The position numbers and the translations under genes were made by a program. The notes under the pieces were generated by a model, which did no database searches, was not told the origin of the DNA, and was given only the letters and a program-made list of their open reading frames with translations. Of a stretch of 49,175 nt of DNA, positions 1 to 9,815 are shown piece by piece; the first letter of the stretch is position 1; the number at the start of each line of letters is the position of its first letter. This DNA is from an uncultured Clostridia bacterium (lineage in GTDB: Bacteria; Bacillota; Clostridia; TANB77; CAG-508): the NCBI GenBank assembly GCA_944392505.1, contig CALXWU010000002.1:1-49175 (forward strand). The letters run 5' to 3'.

Positions 1-2
1 AT

Positions 3-188
3 ATGGAATTTAATGAAGAAGAATCATATACAATAGTAGGTTCTACAGAAGTTGACTTGAGTCAGAACAAGATTTCAAATGAATCTCCAATAGGAGTTGC
101 TTTAATGGGAGCAAAAAAAGGTCAAGTGGTAGAAGCCCAAGCACCTGCAGGTGTTATTAAATATAAGATTATTTCAATCGCAAAATAG
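3..188 (+). CDS. greA: Transcription elongation factor GreA, C-terminal part (5' end outside window)
   Basis: ORF is open to the window edge. [35 protein letters not shown] matches the GreA/GreB C-terminal domain. Lies directly upstream of mfd. Confidence 0.8.
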   Translation: MEFNEEESYTIVGSTEVDLSQNKISNESPIGVALMGAKKGQVVEAQAPAGVIKYKIISIAK

Positions 189-199
189 GTAGGTGAAAC

Positions 200-3100
200 A
201 TGCACAACTTACTTATAAAAAGATTAGAAGAATCAGAAAAATTTATTGAACTTATGAAGGAAATAAAAATGAAAAAAACCCCGATAAATATATCGGGGTT
301 AGTATTCGTGGGAAAATCTCATATGATTTCAACCATAAGTGAAAATGTTAAAAACCCATTATGTGTAATAACATATAATGAGATTCAGGCTAAAAATTTA
401 GTGAGAGATTTAAGATGCTTTACTGAAAATGTTGAATATTTCGGCAAAAGAGAAATCGCTTCATATGACTATATTTCAGAAAGCAAGGATTTGCCATATG
501 CGAGAATAGATGTTTTAAATAAAATATATAATAAAGAAGCAAAAATAGTTGTTACAACAGTTGAAGCTTTAATGCAGGGCATGATACCAAAAGATGTTTT
601 ATACAAAAATGTAATCACCTTTAGTGTAGGAAATCTGTTTGAAGGTACTGGATTTTCAGGAAAAAAGAATTTAAATAATTTGAAACAGTTGTTGCTTTTA
701 TTAGGATATGAAAGAAATGACATGGTGGAGAATAGAGGGCAATTCAGCATTAGAGGTGGAATAGTAGATATAGGGCTTAGTGAAAAGACTGGTGTTAGAA
801 TTGAATTCTGGGGTGATGAGGTAGATTCTATAAGATATTTTAGTATTGCCTCACAAAGAACAACTGAAATGACCGATAAAATAAGAATATTCCCAGCTCA
901 TGAATATGTATTAGAGTATGAGGTGGAAGACAATATATTACCAGAATATTCTAAAGTAGTTTTACCAGTAGTCAACAATATAAAAGAAAATTGTATACAA
1001 AATGTGAATAAATCAAATATAGAAGCAGATATTGAAGCAATACAAAATGGGGAATTTTTAAGCAAAATAGATAAATATTTTAATGAATTCTATTCTAAAA
1101 AAAGTAGTTTTTTAGAATATTTATCAAGTGATACTTTAATATGCGTGGATGAAAATTTAAAAATTAATCAAAGAATAGAAAACATATTAATAGAGAATAA
1201 TAATTTAATAAAATCCTTAGTAGAAAGATCTAGATTTATCCCAGAGGGAATTGCAAATGTAAGTGATTTTAATAGACAAGAATGGAATAATATATATGAA
1301 GATAAACCAACTATTTATTTAGAAGAAAATAATAGTAGCAATGTAAATAAATTTGAGTTTAATTATAGAGAAATAAACTTTTTCAAAAGCGAATTAGATT
1401 TACTTATAGACGACATAAAAAAATGGCAAAATGAGAAAAAAGAAATTGTAGTTTTAGCAGGAAATAAAGAAAATGCAGAAAGAATAAATAAGCTGTTTGA
1501 GGAGAAAAATATAAATGCAACTAGCAAGGTCTGTCCCCAAAACGACAACTTTGTCGCTTGGGGGACTGTCCCTAAAACGACAATTTTGGTTGGACCTACG
1601 ACGACAACTGGGTTTGAGTGTTATGATTTGAATTTGGTTGTTATTAATATGGCAGAGGCTTTTGAGGGAACGGCTAAAAAGAAGAAAACTAGTAGTACAT
1701 TTAAACAGGGAGAGAAAATTGTTTTTGCAGATTTAAAACCAGGCGATTTTGTGGTACATAGAACTCATGGTATAGGTGAATTTGTTGGAGTAAATACTAT
1801 AGAGGCAGATGGAGTTACAAAGGACTATATAAAAATTAAGTATAGAAATGATGATATGCTTTATGTTCCAACCAACAATTTAGACAATGTTAGAAAATAT
1901 ATTGGTGGAGGAGATACTGCTCCAAGGTTAAATAAGCTTGGAAGTAAAGAATGGAGTAACACAAAATCAAAGGTAAAGAATAATTTAAGAGAAGTTGCAA
2001 AAGATTTAATTGAACTATATGCTAAAAGGCAGAAAATTAAAGGATTTGCTTTTTCGAAAGATACTGATTGGCAAAACCAATTTGAAGAAGAGTTTCCATA
2101 TCAAGAAACTGATGATCAATTAAGATGTATAGAAGAAGTAAAAAAAGATATGGAACTTCCTAGACCTATGGATAGGCTATTATGTGGAGATGTTGGTTAT
2201 GGAAAAACAGAAGTGGCTATAAGGGCTGCATTTAAGGCTGTTATGGATCATAAACAAGTGGCATACTTAGTTCCAACCACCGTTTTAGCAAGTCAGCAAT
2301 ATGATAGTTTTAAAAAAAGAATGGAAAATTTTGCGATAAATGTGGAATTATTGAATAGATTTAGGACCCAAAAAGAGCAAAATGAAGTTGTAAAAAAGCT
2401 AAAGCTTGGAGAAACTGATGTTGTAATTGGTACACATAGATTACTTAGTGAAGATGTAGAATTTAAAGATTTAGGGCTTCTTATCATAGATGAAGAGCAT
2501 AGATTTGGAGTTAAGGATAAAGAAAAAATAAAAAAATTAAAAACCAGTGTAGATGTGCTAACAATGACAGCAACACCAATACCTAGAACTCTTCATATGT
2601 CTATCTTAGGAGTACGTGATATGTCTGTAATATATGAGCCACCACAAAATAGACGACCAGTTCAAACTTATGTGTTAGAATATGATACAGAAGTGGTAAA
2701 AGAGGCAATTACGAAAGAGTTAGAAAGAAACGGACAAGTATTTTATTTATACAATAACGTAGAAAATATCGCAAGGAAAGCCTTAGATATAGCTGAATTA
2801 GTTCCAGAGGCAAAAGTGGAATTTGCACATGGAAAAATGACAGGTAGAGAACTTGAAGACATCATGGAACGATTTGTAAATGGAGAAATTAATGTACTTG
2901 TTTGTACTACAATCTTGGAATCTGGAATTGATATACCAAATGCTAATACAATTATTGTAGAAAATGCAGACAGACTAGGCTTAGCACAGCTATATCAAAT
3001 AAGAGGAAGAGTAGGAAGAAGCGATAAGCAGGCATATGCATATATAACATATAAAAGGGATAAACTACTTTCTGAAGTTGCAGATAAAAGGTTAAAGGCA

Positions 3101-3769
3101 ATCCGTGAATTTACCGAATTTGGTTCAGGTTTTAAAATTGCAATGAGAGACTTGGAAATAAGAGGGGCAGGAAGCTTACTTGGAGAAATACAACATGGAC
3201 ATATGGAACAAGTTGGGTATGATACATATTGCAATTTATTAGACCAAGTTGTAAAAGAAATGCAAGGTATAGAAATAGAAGAAGAACCAGAAATTCAGAT
3301 AGATATAAATATCTCAAGTTATATACCAGATAGCTATATAGATAATAGTAGTCAAAAAATTGAGATATATCAAAATATTGCTTTATGTAGAACAGAAGAA
3401 GATATACAAAATGTAATAGATGAAATTATTGATAGATATGGAGTAATGCCAAAAGAATTGGAAAACTTAATAGAGGTAGCTAGAATAAAAGAATTATGTA
3501 GAGAAGCTGGGGTAATTAAAATATCTGAGAAGAAAAATATGCTTACTAATTCAAATAATATAGTTTTCTATTATGATAAAAATAAATATGATCCTGAAAT
3601 AGTTGATAGATTAATAAAGAAATATGGGAATGATGTAAAATTCTCAGCTGGAATAGAACCATATGTAACTTTAAAAATAGGCAATTTAAAGGATGAGAAG
3701 TTGGTAGAAAAAATAAAAGAATTTTTAGGTGAAGGAGAAAAAAATGCAAGTAATTTCAAGCAAGGATAA
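200..3769 (+). CDS. mfd: Transcription-repair coupling factor Mfd
   Basis: 1189 aa. CarD/TRCF RNAP-interacting domain (DFVVHRTHGIGEFVGV), SF2 helicase motifs (GDVGYGKTEVA, IIDEEHRFG, MTATPIPRT, RGRVGRS) and TRCF C-terminal domain. Carries an in-frame repeat copy at 1523-1589. Confidence 0.95.
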   Translation: MHNLLIKRLEESEKFIELMKEIKMKKTPINISGLVFVGKSHMISTISENVKNPLCVITYNEIQAKNLVRDLRCFTENVEYFGKREIASYDYISESKDLPYARIDVLNKIYNKEAKIVVTTVEALMQGMIPKDVLYKNVITFSVGNLFEGTGFSGKKNLNNLKQLLLLLGYERNDMVENRGQFSIRGGIVDIGLSEKTGVRIEFWGDEVDSIRYFSIASQRTTEMTDKIRIFPAHEYVLEYEVEDNILPEYSKVVLPVVNNIKENCIQNVNKSNIEADIEAIQNGEFLSKIDKYFNEFYSKKSSFLEYLSSDTLICVDENLKINQRIENILIENNNLIKSLVERSRFIPEGIANVSDFNRQEWNNIYEDKPTIYLEENNSSNVNKFEFNYREINFFKSELDLLIDDIKKWQNEKKEIVVLAGNKENAERINKLFEEKNINATSKVCPQNDNFVAWGTVPKTTILVGPTTTTGFECYDLNLVVINMAEAFEGTAKKKKTSSTFKQGEKIVFADLKPGDFVVHRTHGIGEFVGVNTIEADGVTKDYIKIKYRNDDMLYVPTNNLDNVRKYIGGGDTAPRLNKLGSKEWSNTKSKVKNNLREVAKDLIELYAKRQKIKGFAFSKDTDWQNQFEEEFPYQETDDQLRCIEEVKKDMELPRPMDRLLCGDVGYGKTEVAIRAAFKAVMDHKQVAYLVPTTVLASQQYDSFKKRMENFAINVELLNRFRTQKEQNEVVKKLKLGETDVVIGTHRLLSEDVEFKDLGLLIIDEEHRFGVKDKEKIKKLKTSVDVLTMTATPIPRTLHMSILGVRDMSVIYEPPQNRRPVQTYVLEYDTEVVKEAITKELERNGQVFYLYNNVENIARKALDIAELVPEAKVEFAHGKMTGRELEDIMERFVNGEINVLVCTTILESGIDIPNANTIIVENADRLGLAQLYQIRGRVGRSDKQAYAYITYKRDKLLSEVADKRLKAIREFTEFGSGFKIAMRDLEIRGAGSLLGEIQHGHMEQVGYDTYCNLLDQVVKEMQGIEIEEEPEIQIDINISSYIPDSYIDNSSQKIEIYQNIALCRTEEDIQNVIDEIIDRYGVMPKELENLIEVARIKELCREAGVIKISEKKNMLTNSNNIVFYYDKNKYDPEIVDRLIKKYGNDVKFSAGIEPYVTLKIGNLKDEKLVEKIKEFLGEGEKNASNFKQG
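1523..1589 (+). repeat. Three-arm repeat, type A copy 1, in frame inside mfd
   Basis: AGCAAGGTCTGTCCCCAAAACGACAACTTTGTCGCTTGGGGGACTGTCCCTAAAACGACAATTTTGG aligns along its length with the intergenic copies at 41040 and 48100. It is G+C-rich relative to the flanks and is translated as SKVCPQNDNFVAWGTVPKTTIL. Confidence 0.75.
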
Positions 3770-4565
3770 CGATATTATCAAGAATATTAAGAAGCTTAAA
3801 GAGAAGAAGTATAGAGATTTAGAAAATAGCTATATTGTTGAAGGCTTAAAAATGATAAAAGAAGCTATAGAAGAAAAAGCAAATATCAAACAAATTGTAA
3901 TTTGTGAAGAGTGTATACATGATGGTGAACTAGATAAAGATACTTTATATGAAATTGCAAAATATAATTTGATTTATGTTACAAAAAAGGTTTTTGACCA
4001 GATTACTGAAGTAAAGACTCCTCAAGGGATTATTGCTGTAATTGAAAAGAAAGAGACAAATGCAAGTGATATTCGAGCCATAGATTATTCGCAAGACATT
4101 ATTATAGCTTTAGACGATTTGCAAGATCCAGGTAATTTGGGAACAATTTTAAGAACTGTTGATAGTGCTAATTTAAATCAAATTATACTTTCTAAAAATT
4201 GTGCAGATCCATATAATCCTAAGGTAGTACGTTCTACAATGGGAGCTATTTTTAGAGTTAATATTATACAAGTAGAAAATTTGAAAGAAGAGTTAGAAAA
4301 TCTAAAAAATAATGATTTTGATATTATGGTAACTTCTCTTGATACGCAAAAAAGTATATATGATGTGAATTACAATAAAAAGGTGATTGTAATAGGAAAT
4401 GAAGCAAATGGTGTTTCAAAAGAGGTACAAGATATAGCAGATGAAAAAGTAAAAATTCCAATGCTTGGGAAAACTGAAAGTCTAAATGCATCTGTAGCTA
4501 CAGGTATTATTATATATGAATATGTTAGAAGGAGAACAAATGAAATTATTAATTCAAAGGGTTAA
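3744..4565 (+). CDS. TrmH/SpoU-family RNA 2'-O-methyltransferase
   Basis: SpoU methylase motifs ([38 protein letters not shown]). ATG at 3744 with GAAGGAG 6 nt upstream is preferred over the GTG at 3729. Overlaps the mfd 3' end. Confidence 0.85.
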   Translation: MQVISSKDNDIIKNIKKLKEKKYRDLENSYIVEGLKMIKEAIEEKANIKQIVICEECIHDGELDKDTLYEIAKYNLIYVTKKVFDQITEVKTPQGIIAVIEKKETNASDIRAIDYSQDIIIALDDLQDPGNLGTILRTVDSANLNQIILSKNCADPYNPKVVRSTMGAIFRVNIIQVENLKEELENLKNNDFDIMVTSLDTQKSIYDVNYNKKVIVIGNEANGVSKEVQDIADEKVKIPMLGKTESLNASVATGIIIYEYVRRRTNEIINSKG

Positions 4566-4977
4566 AAATGCAAAAGTTGATGTTGACGGTAAAACAGTTG
4601 GAAGTGTAGAAAAAGGATTTTTAGTGTTGATAGGGGTTACACATACAGATACTAAAGAAATAGCAGATTATTTAGTAAAGAAACTATGCAATTTGCGTGT
4701 GTTTGAAGATGAAAATGATAAAATGAATTTGAGTTTAAAAGATGTTGATGGAAAGTTGCTTATTGTATCACAATTTACTCTTTACGCAGATTGTACAGGA
4801 GGAAATAGACCATCTTTCATAAATGCAGCGAAACCTGAAATGGCAAATGAGCTATATGAGTACTTTTGCACAAAATGTGCAGAAACCGGAATTGAGGTTC
4901 AAAAGGGAATATTTGGAGCAGATATGAAGGTAAGCCTTCTTAATGAGGGTCCAGTAACTATAATAATGGAAAAGTAA
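4540..4977 (+). CDS. dtd: D-aminoacyl-tRNA deacylase
   Basis: MKLLIQRV...SQFTLYAD...GPVT are typical Dtd motifs. AAGGAG lies 5 nt upstream of the ATG at 4540, an internal start relative to the track ORF. Confidence 0.9.
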   Translation: MKLLIQRVKNAKVDVDGKTVGSVEKGFLVLIGVTHTDTKEIADYLVKKLCNLRVFEDENDKMNLSLKDVDGKLLIVSQFTLYADCTGGNRPSFINAAKPEMANELYEYFCTKCAETGIEVQKGIFGADMKVSLLNEGPVTIIMEK

Positions 4978-5100
4978 AAGTTGTAAAAATCAATAAAATA
5001 TAGTATACTATTTATTGTCAATATGAGAGGGAAAAATAGATTAGTAAAAAAATACTGTATCTATGAAATATCATATTTGAAAGAAGAAAGGAATAAAAAA

Positions 5101-6855
5101 ATGTATAGAGATCATAATTGTGGAGAATTAAATATAAAAAATGTAGGAGAAACAGTATTAGTTGCTGGGTGGATTCAAAAAATAAGAAATTTGGGCTCAA
5201 TGAGCTTTGTTGATTTGCGTGACCAATTTGGAATTACACAAATAGTAATTGCAAATAATAATGAATTATTAGAAAAAGCCAAAGAATTAGTTACAGAATG
5301 TGTAATAAGCGTAAGTGGCAAAGTAGTAGAAAGAAGTAATAAAAATACTAAAATTCCTACAGGAGAAATTGAAATAGAAGCTGAAGAGATTAATGTATTA
5401 GGTAAATGTAAAAATGTTTTACCTTTTGAAGTTAATTCAGAAAAAATTGGGGAAGCAAGAGAAGATTTAAGACTAGAATATAGATTTTTAGATTTAAGAA
5501 ATGATAAATTACATAAAAATATTTTATTACGTTCAGCAATAATGAAAACTTTAAGAAGAAAAATGGACGAATTAGGTTTCACAGAAATTCAAACACCAAT
5601 TTTAGCTAATTCATCACCAGAAGGAGCAAGAGACTATTTAGTTCCAAGTAGATTACATCCGGGTGAATTTTATGCACTACCACAAGCACCACAACAATTT
5701 AAACAACTTCTTATGGTTTCAGGATTTGATAAATATTATCAAATAGCTCCATGCTTTAGAGATGAAGATCCTAGAGCTGATAGAGCTCCTGGTGAATTTT
5801 ATCAATTAGATTTTGAGATGAGTTTTGCTGAACAAGAAGATGTATTTAATGTACTAGAAGAAATCTTTACAACTGTATTCAAAGAACATACAACCTGGGA
5901 AGTTGATGAAGCACCATTTAAGAGAATTCCATATAGAGAGGCAATGGAAAAATACGGAATAGATAAACCGGATTTAAGAAATCCTTTGATAATCCAAGAT
6001 GCAACAGAGTTGTTTAAAGATACAGAATTTAATGCTTTTAAAGAAAAAACGGTTAAAATAATTGTTGTTCCAGAAGGCGCAAGTCAAGGAAGGAAATTTT
6101 TTGATAGCATGACAGAGTTTGCAAAAGAAGAAACTGGAGCAAATGGATTAGCATGGGTAAAAGTAGAAGCAGAAGGATATACAGGCGGAATTGCAAAATT
6201 CATAACTGATGATGTGAAAAAAGGCTTAGAACAAGAATATAATGTAAAATTAAATGATGCAATATTCTTTATAGCAGATGAACTACAAAAAGCACAAAAA
6301 ATAGCTGGACAAGTTAGAATTGAATTAGGCAAAAGACTTGATTTATTAGAAAAAAATGTGTATAGCTTCTGCTTTATAACAGATTTCCCAATGTATGAAT
6401 TATCTGATGAAGGAACTATAGATTTTAACCATAATCCATTTTCAATGCCACAAGGAGGAAGAGAAGCGTTAGAGAATAAGGATCCTTTAGAAATATTAGC
6501 ATACCAATATGATGTTGTATGTAATGGGTACGAGATGGCATCAGGTGCTGTTAGAAATCATGATCCAGAACTAATGGTTAAGGCTTTTGAAATAGCTGGT
6601 TATAGTGAAAAAGAAGTAGAAACTAGATTTGGTGCTTTATATAATGCCTTCCAATATGGAACACCACCACATGCCGGAGCAGCACCAGGATTAGATAGAA
6701 TGGTAATGCTTATTGCGGATTCAGACAATATTAGAGAAGTAATAGCATTCCCTAAAAATAAAAAAGCAAGAGATCTACTTATGAGATCGCCAAGTACAGT
6801 TACAGACAAGCAATTAGAAGATGTACATATAAAAGTGGATATAAAAGAAAAATAA
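5101..6855 (+). CDS. aspS: Aspartate--tRNA ligase
   Basis: OB-fold N-terminus (VLVAGWIQKIRNLGSMSFVDLRD) and class II motifs (FRDEDPRADR, PPHAGAAPGLDRMVM). Start chosen at MYRDH (5101). Confidence 0.9.
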   Translation: MYRDHNCGELNIKNVGETVLVAGWIQKIRNLGSMSFVDLRDQFGITQIVIANNNELLEKAKELVTECVISVSGKVVERSNKNTKIPTGEIEIEAEEINVLGKCKNVLPFEVNSEKIGEAREDLRLEYRFLDLRNDKLHKNILLRSAIMKTLRRKMDELGFTEIQTPILANSSPEGARDYLVPSRLHPGEFYALPQAPQQFKQLLMVSGFDKYYQIAPCFRDEDPRADRAPGEFYQLDFEMSFAEQEDVFNVLEEIFTTVFKEHTTWEVDEAPFKRIPYREAMEKYGIDKPDLRNPLIIQDATELFKDTEFNAFKEKTVKIIVVPEGASQGRKFFDSMTEFAKEETGANGLAWVKVEAEGYTGGIAKFITDDVKKGLEQEYNVKLNDAIFFIADELQKAQKIAGQVRIELGKRLDLLEKNVYSFCFITDFPMYELSDEGTIDFNHNPFSMPQGGREALENKDPLEILAYQYDVVCNGYEMASGAVRNHDPELMVKAFEIAGYSEKEVETRFGALYNAFQYGTPPHAGAAPGLDRMVMLIADSDNIREVIAFPKNKKARDLLMRSPSTVTDKQLEDVHIKVDIKEK

Positions 6856-6920
6856 GAGGATTTTATCTTACGCTTTACATACAAACATTCTAAATTTAAA
6901 TTATAATTCGAGGTGAAAAA

Positions 6921-7181
6921 ATGGAATATAGATATAAACCAAGTGGAGTTTGCTCAAGAGAAATGATAATAGAACTAGATGGAAATACCATAAAAAAGCT
7001 AACGATAGTTGGTGGATGTGATGGAAACACTAAAGGTATTTCAAAGCTAGTTGTTGGAATGAATATAAATGATGTAATAGAAAGACTAAAAGGAATACAA
7101 TGCGGAATGAAGGGAACATCTTGCCCTGATCAGTTAGCAAAGGCTTTACTAGAATTGAAAGAAAAAGAACATATTGCTTAA
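6921..7181 (+). CDS. TSCPD-domain small protein (TIGR03905-like)
   Basis: 86 aa with CSREM...GGCDGN...GTSCPDQLA, the signature of the uncharacterised 4-Cys TSCPD family. RBS GAGGTG. Confidence 0.7.
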   Translation: MEYRYKPSGVCSREMIIELDGNTIKKLTIVGGCDGNTKGISKLVVGMNINDVIERLKGIQCGMKGTSCPDQLAKALLELKEKEHIA

Positions 7182-7226
7182 TTTTTAAATGAATTATGCT
7201 TACAAAATTTAATATGTTTAACAAAA

Positions 7227-7268
7227 GGGACAACCTCACTTACGAAAATATTTAATGAGGAGTGTCCC
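7227..7268 (+). terminator. Hairpin GGGACAACCTCA...TGAGGAGTGTCCC after the TSCPD gene
   Basis: Imperfect inverted repeat with a GGGACA/TGTCCC stem base. The downstream T-tract is weak. Confidence 0.4.
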
Positions 7269-7326
7269 TATAATTTAAAAAATTTGACCAAAGGGAGAGT
7301 TCTTAAAATTTAAAAATGGAGGAAGA

Positions 7327-8370
7327 ATGAAAGAAAGAGTATTATTAGGAATGAGTGGCGGAGTAGATAGTTCTGTTTCAGCTGTATTACTTCAAAAGCA
7401 AGGCTATGAAGTAATTGGCTTAACTATGAAATTATGGGAGGAAGATGATAGAGCTGTTGTAGATGCAAAAAATGTATGCAAAAAATTGGGAATAGAACAT
7501 TATGTAGTTGATCTACAAAAGGAATTTAAAGAAAAAGTTGTAGAAAATTTTATATGTACATATATGTGTGGCAAGACTCCAAATCCATGTGTTGAATGTA
7601 ATAAATTTATAAAGTTCGGAGAATTCTATAATCTGGCTAGAAAATATAGTTGTAAATATATTGCAACTGGTCATTATGCAAAAATTGTTTTTTCTCAAGA
7701 ATATAATCAATATATATTATGCAAATCAAATGCAAAATTAAAAGATCAAACCTACTTCTTGTATGGTATAAATAGAAAAATATTGCCATATATATTATTT
7801 CCTCTATCTGATTTTGAAGATAAAGATGAGATTAGAGATATTGCATTAGAGGTAGGATTAGAAGTTGCTAAAAAGAAAGATAGTCAAGAAATATGTTTTG
7901 TACAAAATGATGATTATATAGAATTTTTACAACAACATGGAGATAACCAATTCAACCAAAAGCAAGGAAACATAGTATTAAAAAATGGAGAAATACTTGG
8001 CGGACATTTAGGAATAATAAATTACACAATTGGACAAAGAAAAGGTCTTGGCATTTCATATAAAGAACCACTTTATGTAATAAAATTAAATAGGGAGACA
8101 AATGAGGTCGTCGTAGGTCCAGAAGAAGAATTATATAGCAAAACTCTAAAAGCAAATGAACTGAATTTCTTATTGAATATGAATTTAGAAAAAGAAATAG
8201 AAATTGAGGCTAAAGTAAGATATAGAGCTAAACCTGCAAAAGCCATTTTGCGTTTGGAAAATGATATTGCAACAATAGAATTCGCCGAAAAGCAAAGAGC
8301 AATAACACCAGGTCAATCTGTCGTATTTTATTTAAATGACATTGTACTAGGTGGAGGAAAAATAATCTGA
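7327..8370 (+). CDS. mnmA: tRNA 2-thiouridine(34) synthase MnmA
   Basis: PP-loop LLGMSGGVDSSVSA, catalytic Cys context (PNPCVECNKFIKF), 347 aa. RBS GGAGGAAG. Confidence 0.92.
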   Translation: MKERVLLGMSGGVDSSVSAVLLQKQGYEVIGLTMKLWEEDDRAVVDAKNVCKKLGIEHYVVDLQKEFKEKVVENFICTYMCGKTPNPCVECNKFIKFGEFYNLARKYSCKYIATGHYAKIVFSQEYNQYILCKSNAKLKDQTYFLYGINRKILPYILFPLSDFEDKDEIRDIALEVGLEVAKKKDSQEICFVQNDDYIEFLQQHGDNQFNQKQGNIVLKNGEILGGHLGIINYTIGQRKGLGISYKEPLYVIKLNRETNEVVVGPEEELYSKTLKANELNFLLNMNLEKEIEIEAKVRYRAKPAKAILRLENDIATIEFAEKQRAITPGQSVVFYLNDIVLGGGKII

Positions 8371-8446
8371 ACAAATTTTCGTAAAAATATTGATTTATTA
8401 TTAAATTAATGATAAAATATTTGCATAATTAAAATGAGGTGATTAT

Positions 8447-8692
8447 ATGTCGAAAAATGATTCTGAGAAAGAAACACTTGAAGCATTAATTACACAAATA
8501 AATGGACTATTAACCGAAATAAAACATGAACAAAAAAATATGCAAAAACAAATGATAGACAATCATAAAGTAAACATGCAGAAATTTGCTAAACTGATTG
8601 AATACAACAAAATTGCCGATATGACAAACACAGTATTTGAAAAGAGAATAGCAAGTATAGAAAAATTGCTTTATGAAGTGTTTAAAAGCTAA
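8447..8692 (+). CDS. Hypothetical coiled-coil protein (81 aa)
   Basis: RBS GAGGTGA 6 nt upstream. Followed by a strong bidirectional terminator. No family recognised. Confidence 0.55.
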   Translation: MSKNDSEKETLEALITQINGLLTEIKHEQKNMQKQMIDNHKVNMQKFAKLIEYNKIADMTNTVFEKRIASIEKLLYEVFKS

Positions 8693-8694
8693 AT

Positions 8695-8732
8695 AAAGTA
8701 GGATACCTAAATTGATTAAGGTATCCTACTTT
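8695..8732. terminator. Bidirectional intrinsic terminator
   Basis: AAAGTAGGATACCT / AGGTATCCTACTTT, a 14-bp perfect stem between convergent genes, flanked by A- and T-runs. Confidence 0.8.
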
Positions 8733-8746
8733 ATAGATTTAGAAGA

Positions 8747-9073
8747 TTATTTGTGTTCATATAAGTCTTTTAAAGAACTTACCATATTATATACCATAGT
8801 ATTTGCTTCTGGAGGCAATTGCTGCAATATTTTTAAAATTCTATTAGAAACTGAAGAATTACTTTTATTTCCAAATAAAATATAATCAGAAGAAGCACCA
8901 GTTGTATTACAAATATTTGTTAAAGTATTAAGGCTAATAGATTTTTCTCCGCGTTCCACTTGAGATAAAAATACTTCAGAAATATTTAATTTTTCAGCAA
9001 AGGAACATCTGCTTAACTTCATACCTTCTCGTATACTTCTTATTCTGCTACCAATTTCTAAATTATTTTTCAT
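8747..9073 (-). CDS. XRE-family helix-turn-helix transcriptional regulator
   Basis: HTH_3 signature (IRSIREGMKLSRCSFAEKLNISEVFLSQVERGEKSISLNTLTNI). Start taken at MKNN (9073) behind a GGGGGG RBS. Confidence 0.8.
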   Translation of the reverse strand: MKNNLEIGSRIRSIREGMKLSRCSFAEKLNISEVFLSQVERGEKSISLNTLTNICNTTGASSDYILFGNKSNSSVSNRILKILQQLPPEANTMVYNMVSSLKDLYEHK

Positions 9074-9132
9074 AAAGCCCCCCAAAATTTAAATATTCAT
9101 TGTATCTATTATAATAATATCGAATTAAAAAA

Positions 9133-9143
9133 TTTGTCGAAAA
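9133..9143 (+). promoter_or_regulatory. Spo0A-box-like site TTTGTCGAAAA
   Basis: Matches the 0A box core TGTCGAA. The 14-mer AAATTTGTCGAAAA is identical to the one upstream of spoIIAA (40590-40603). Lies in the divergent XRE / 101-aa ORF intergenic region. Confidence 0.45.
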
Positions 9144-9323
9144 AAGTAACAAAGACAAAAATAATTCTGTAAGTATTATATAATGTATTCTATAGACATC
9201 AATAAACAAACAAGGTAAGAAAAATGTATACAGTGAAGGTAAAATATGATATAAATAGATATATAAATGGAATAAATTATATAAATAAATGGAACAATTA
9301 ATATTGAAAGGAGGAAACAATAT

Positions 9324-9629
9324 ATGGGAAAATGTGATATAGAAGAAGAACTAAGAATGTTAGATAAAATATATAATATAAGAGAAGAAGAAATTAATAT
9401 AAATGATGCAGAACTTAGAAACAAATTAAATGAAGTAACTTTAGATGAAATCAAAAATTATATAGAAAATAATATGGATAATAAGGAAAACCAAGAGAAT
9501 ATTTTAAAAAAATTAGATTTATTAATAGAAAAATATGAAATAAAAATGGCTAACTACCTAGAAAAAGGATATAAACAAGGATTTAAAGATACCGTTAATC
9601 TAATTTTAGAGTGCATGAAAAATAAATAA
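9324..9629 (+). CDS. Hypothetical acidic/helical protein (101 aa), divergent from the XRE regulator
   Basis: Strong RBS AAAGGAGGA 8 nt upstream and a terminator downstream. No family recognised. Confidence 0.6.
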   Translation: MGKCDIEEELRMLDKIYNIREEEININDAELRNKLNEVTLDEIKNYIENNMDNKENQENILKKLDLLIEKYEIKMANYLEKGYKQGFKDTVNLILECMKNK

Positions 9630-9644
9630 AATTTACAAAGTCGG

Positions 9645-9677
9645 AACTGATGACAAGATAAGTATCATCAGTTTTTA
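9645..9677 (+). terminator. Intrinsic terminator
   Basis: ACTGATGA...TCATCAGT stem followed by TTTTT. Confidence 0.65.
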
Positions 9678-9815
9678 TATGGAAAAATTAATTCTTCCAT
9701 CTTGCTTTAATAGTTCTTTTAATATATAATACTTCAAAGAAAAAAGTATATAGTATATATTAGTTTTTTAGATATAAAATTATCTTCAAATATAGATAAA
9801 AGAGAGGAAAAGTAG

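Noticed and set aside
4978-5100. T-box leaders upstream of aspS and upstream of the alaS-like gene (22332-22414).
   Set aside because: The leaders are too short and lack the GGTGGTACCG T-box sequence. Only valS has one.
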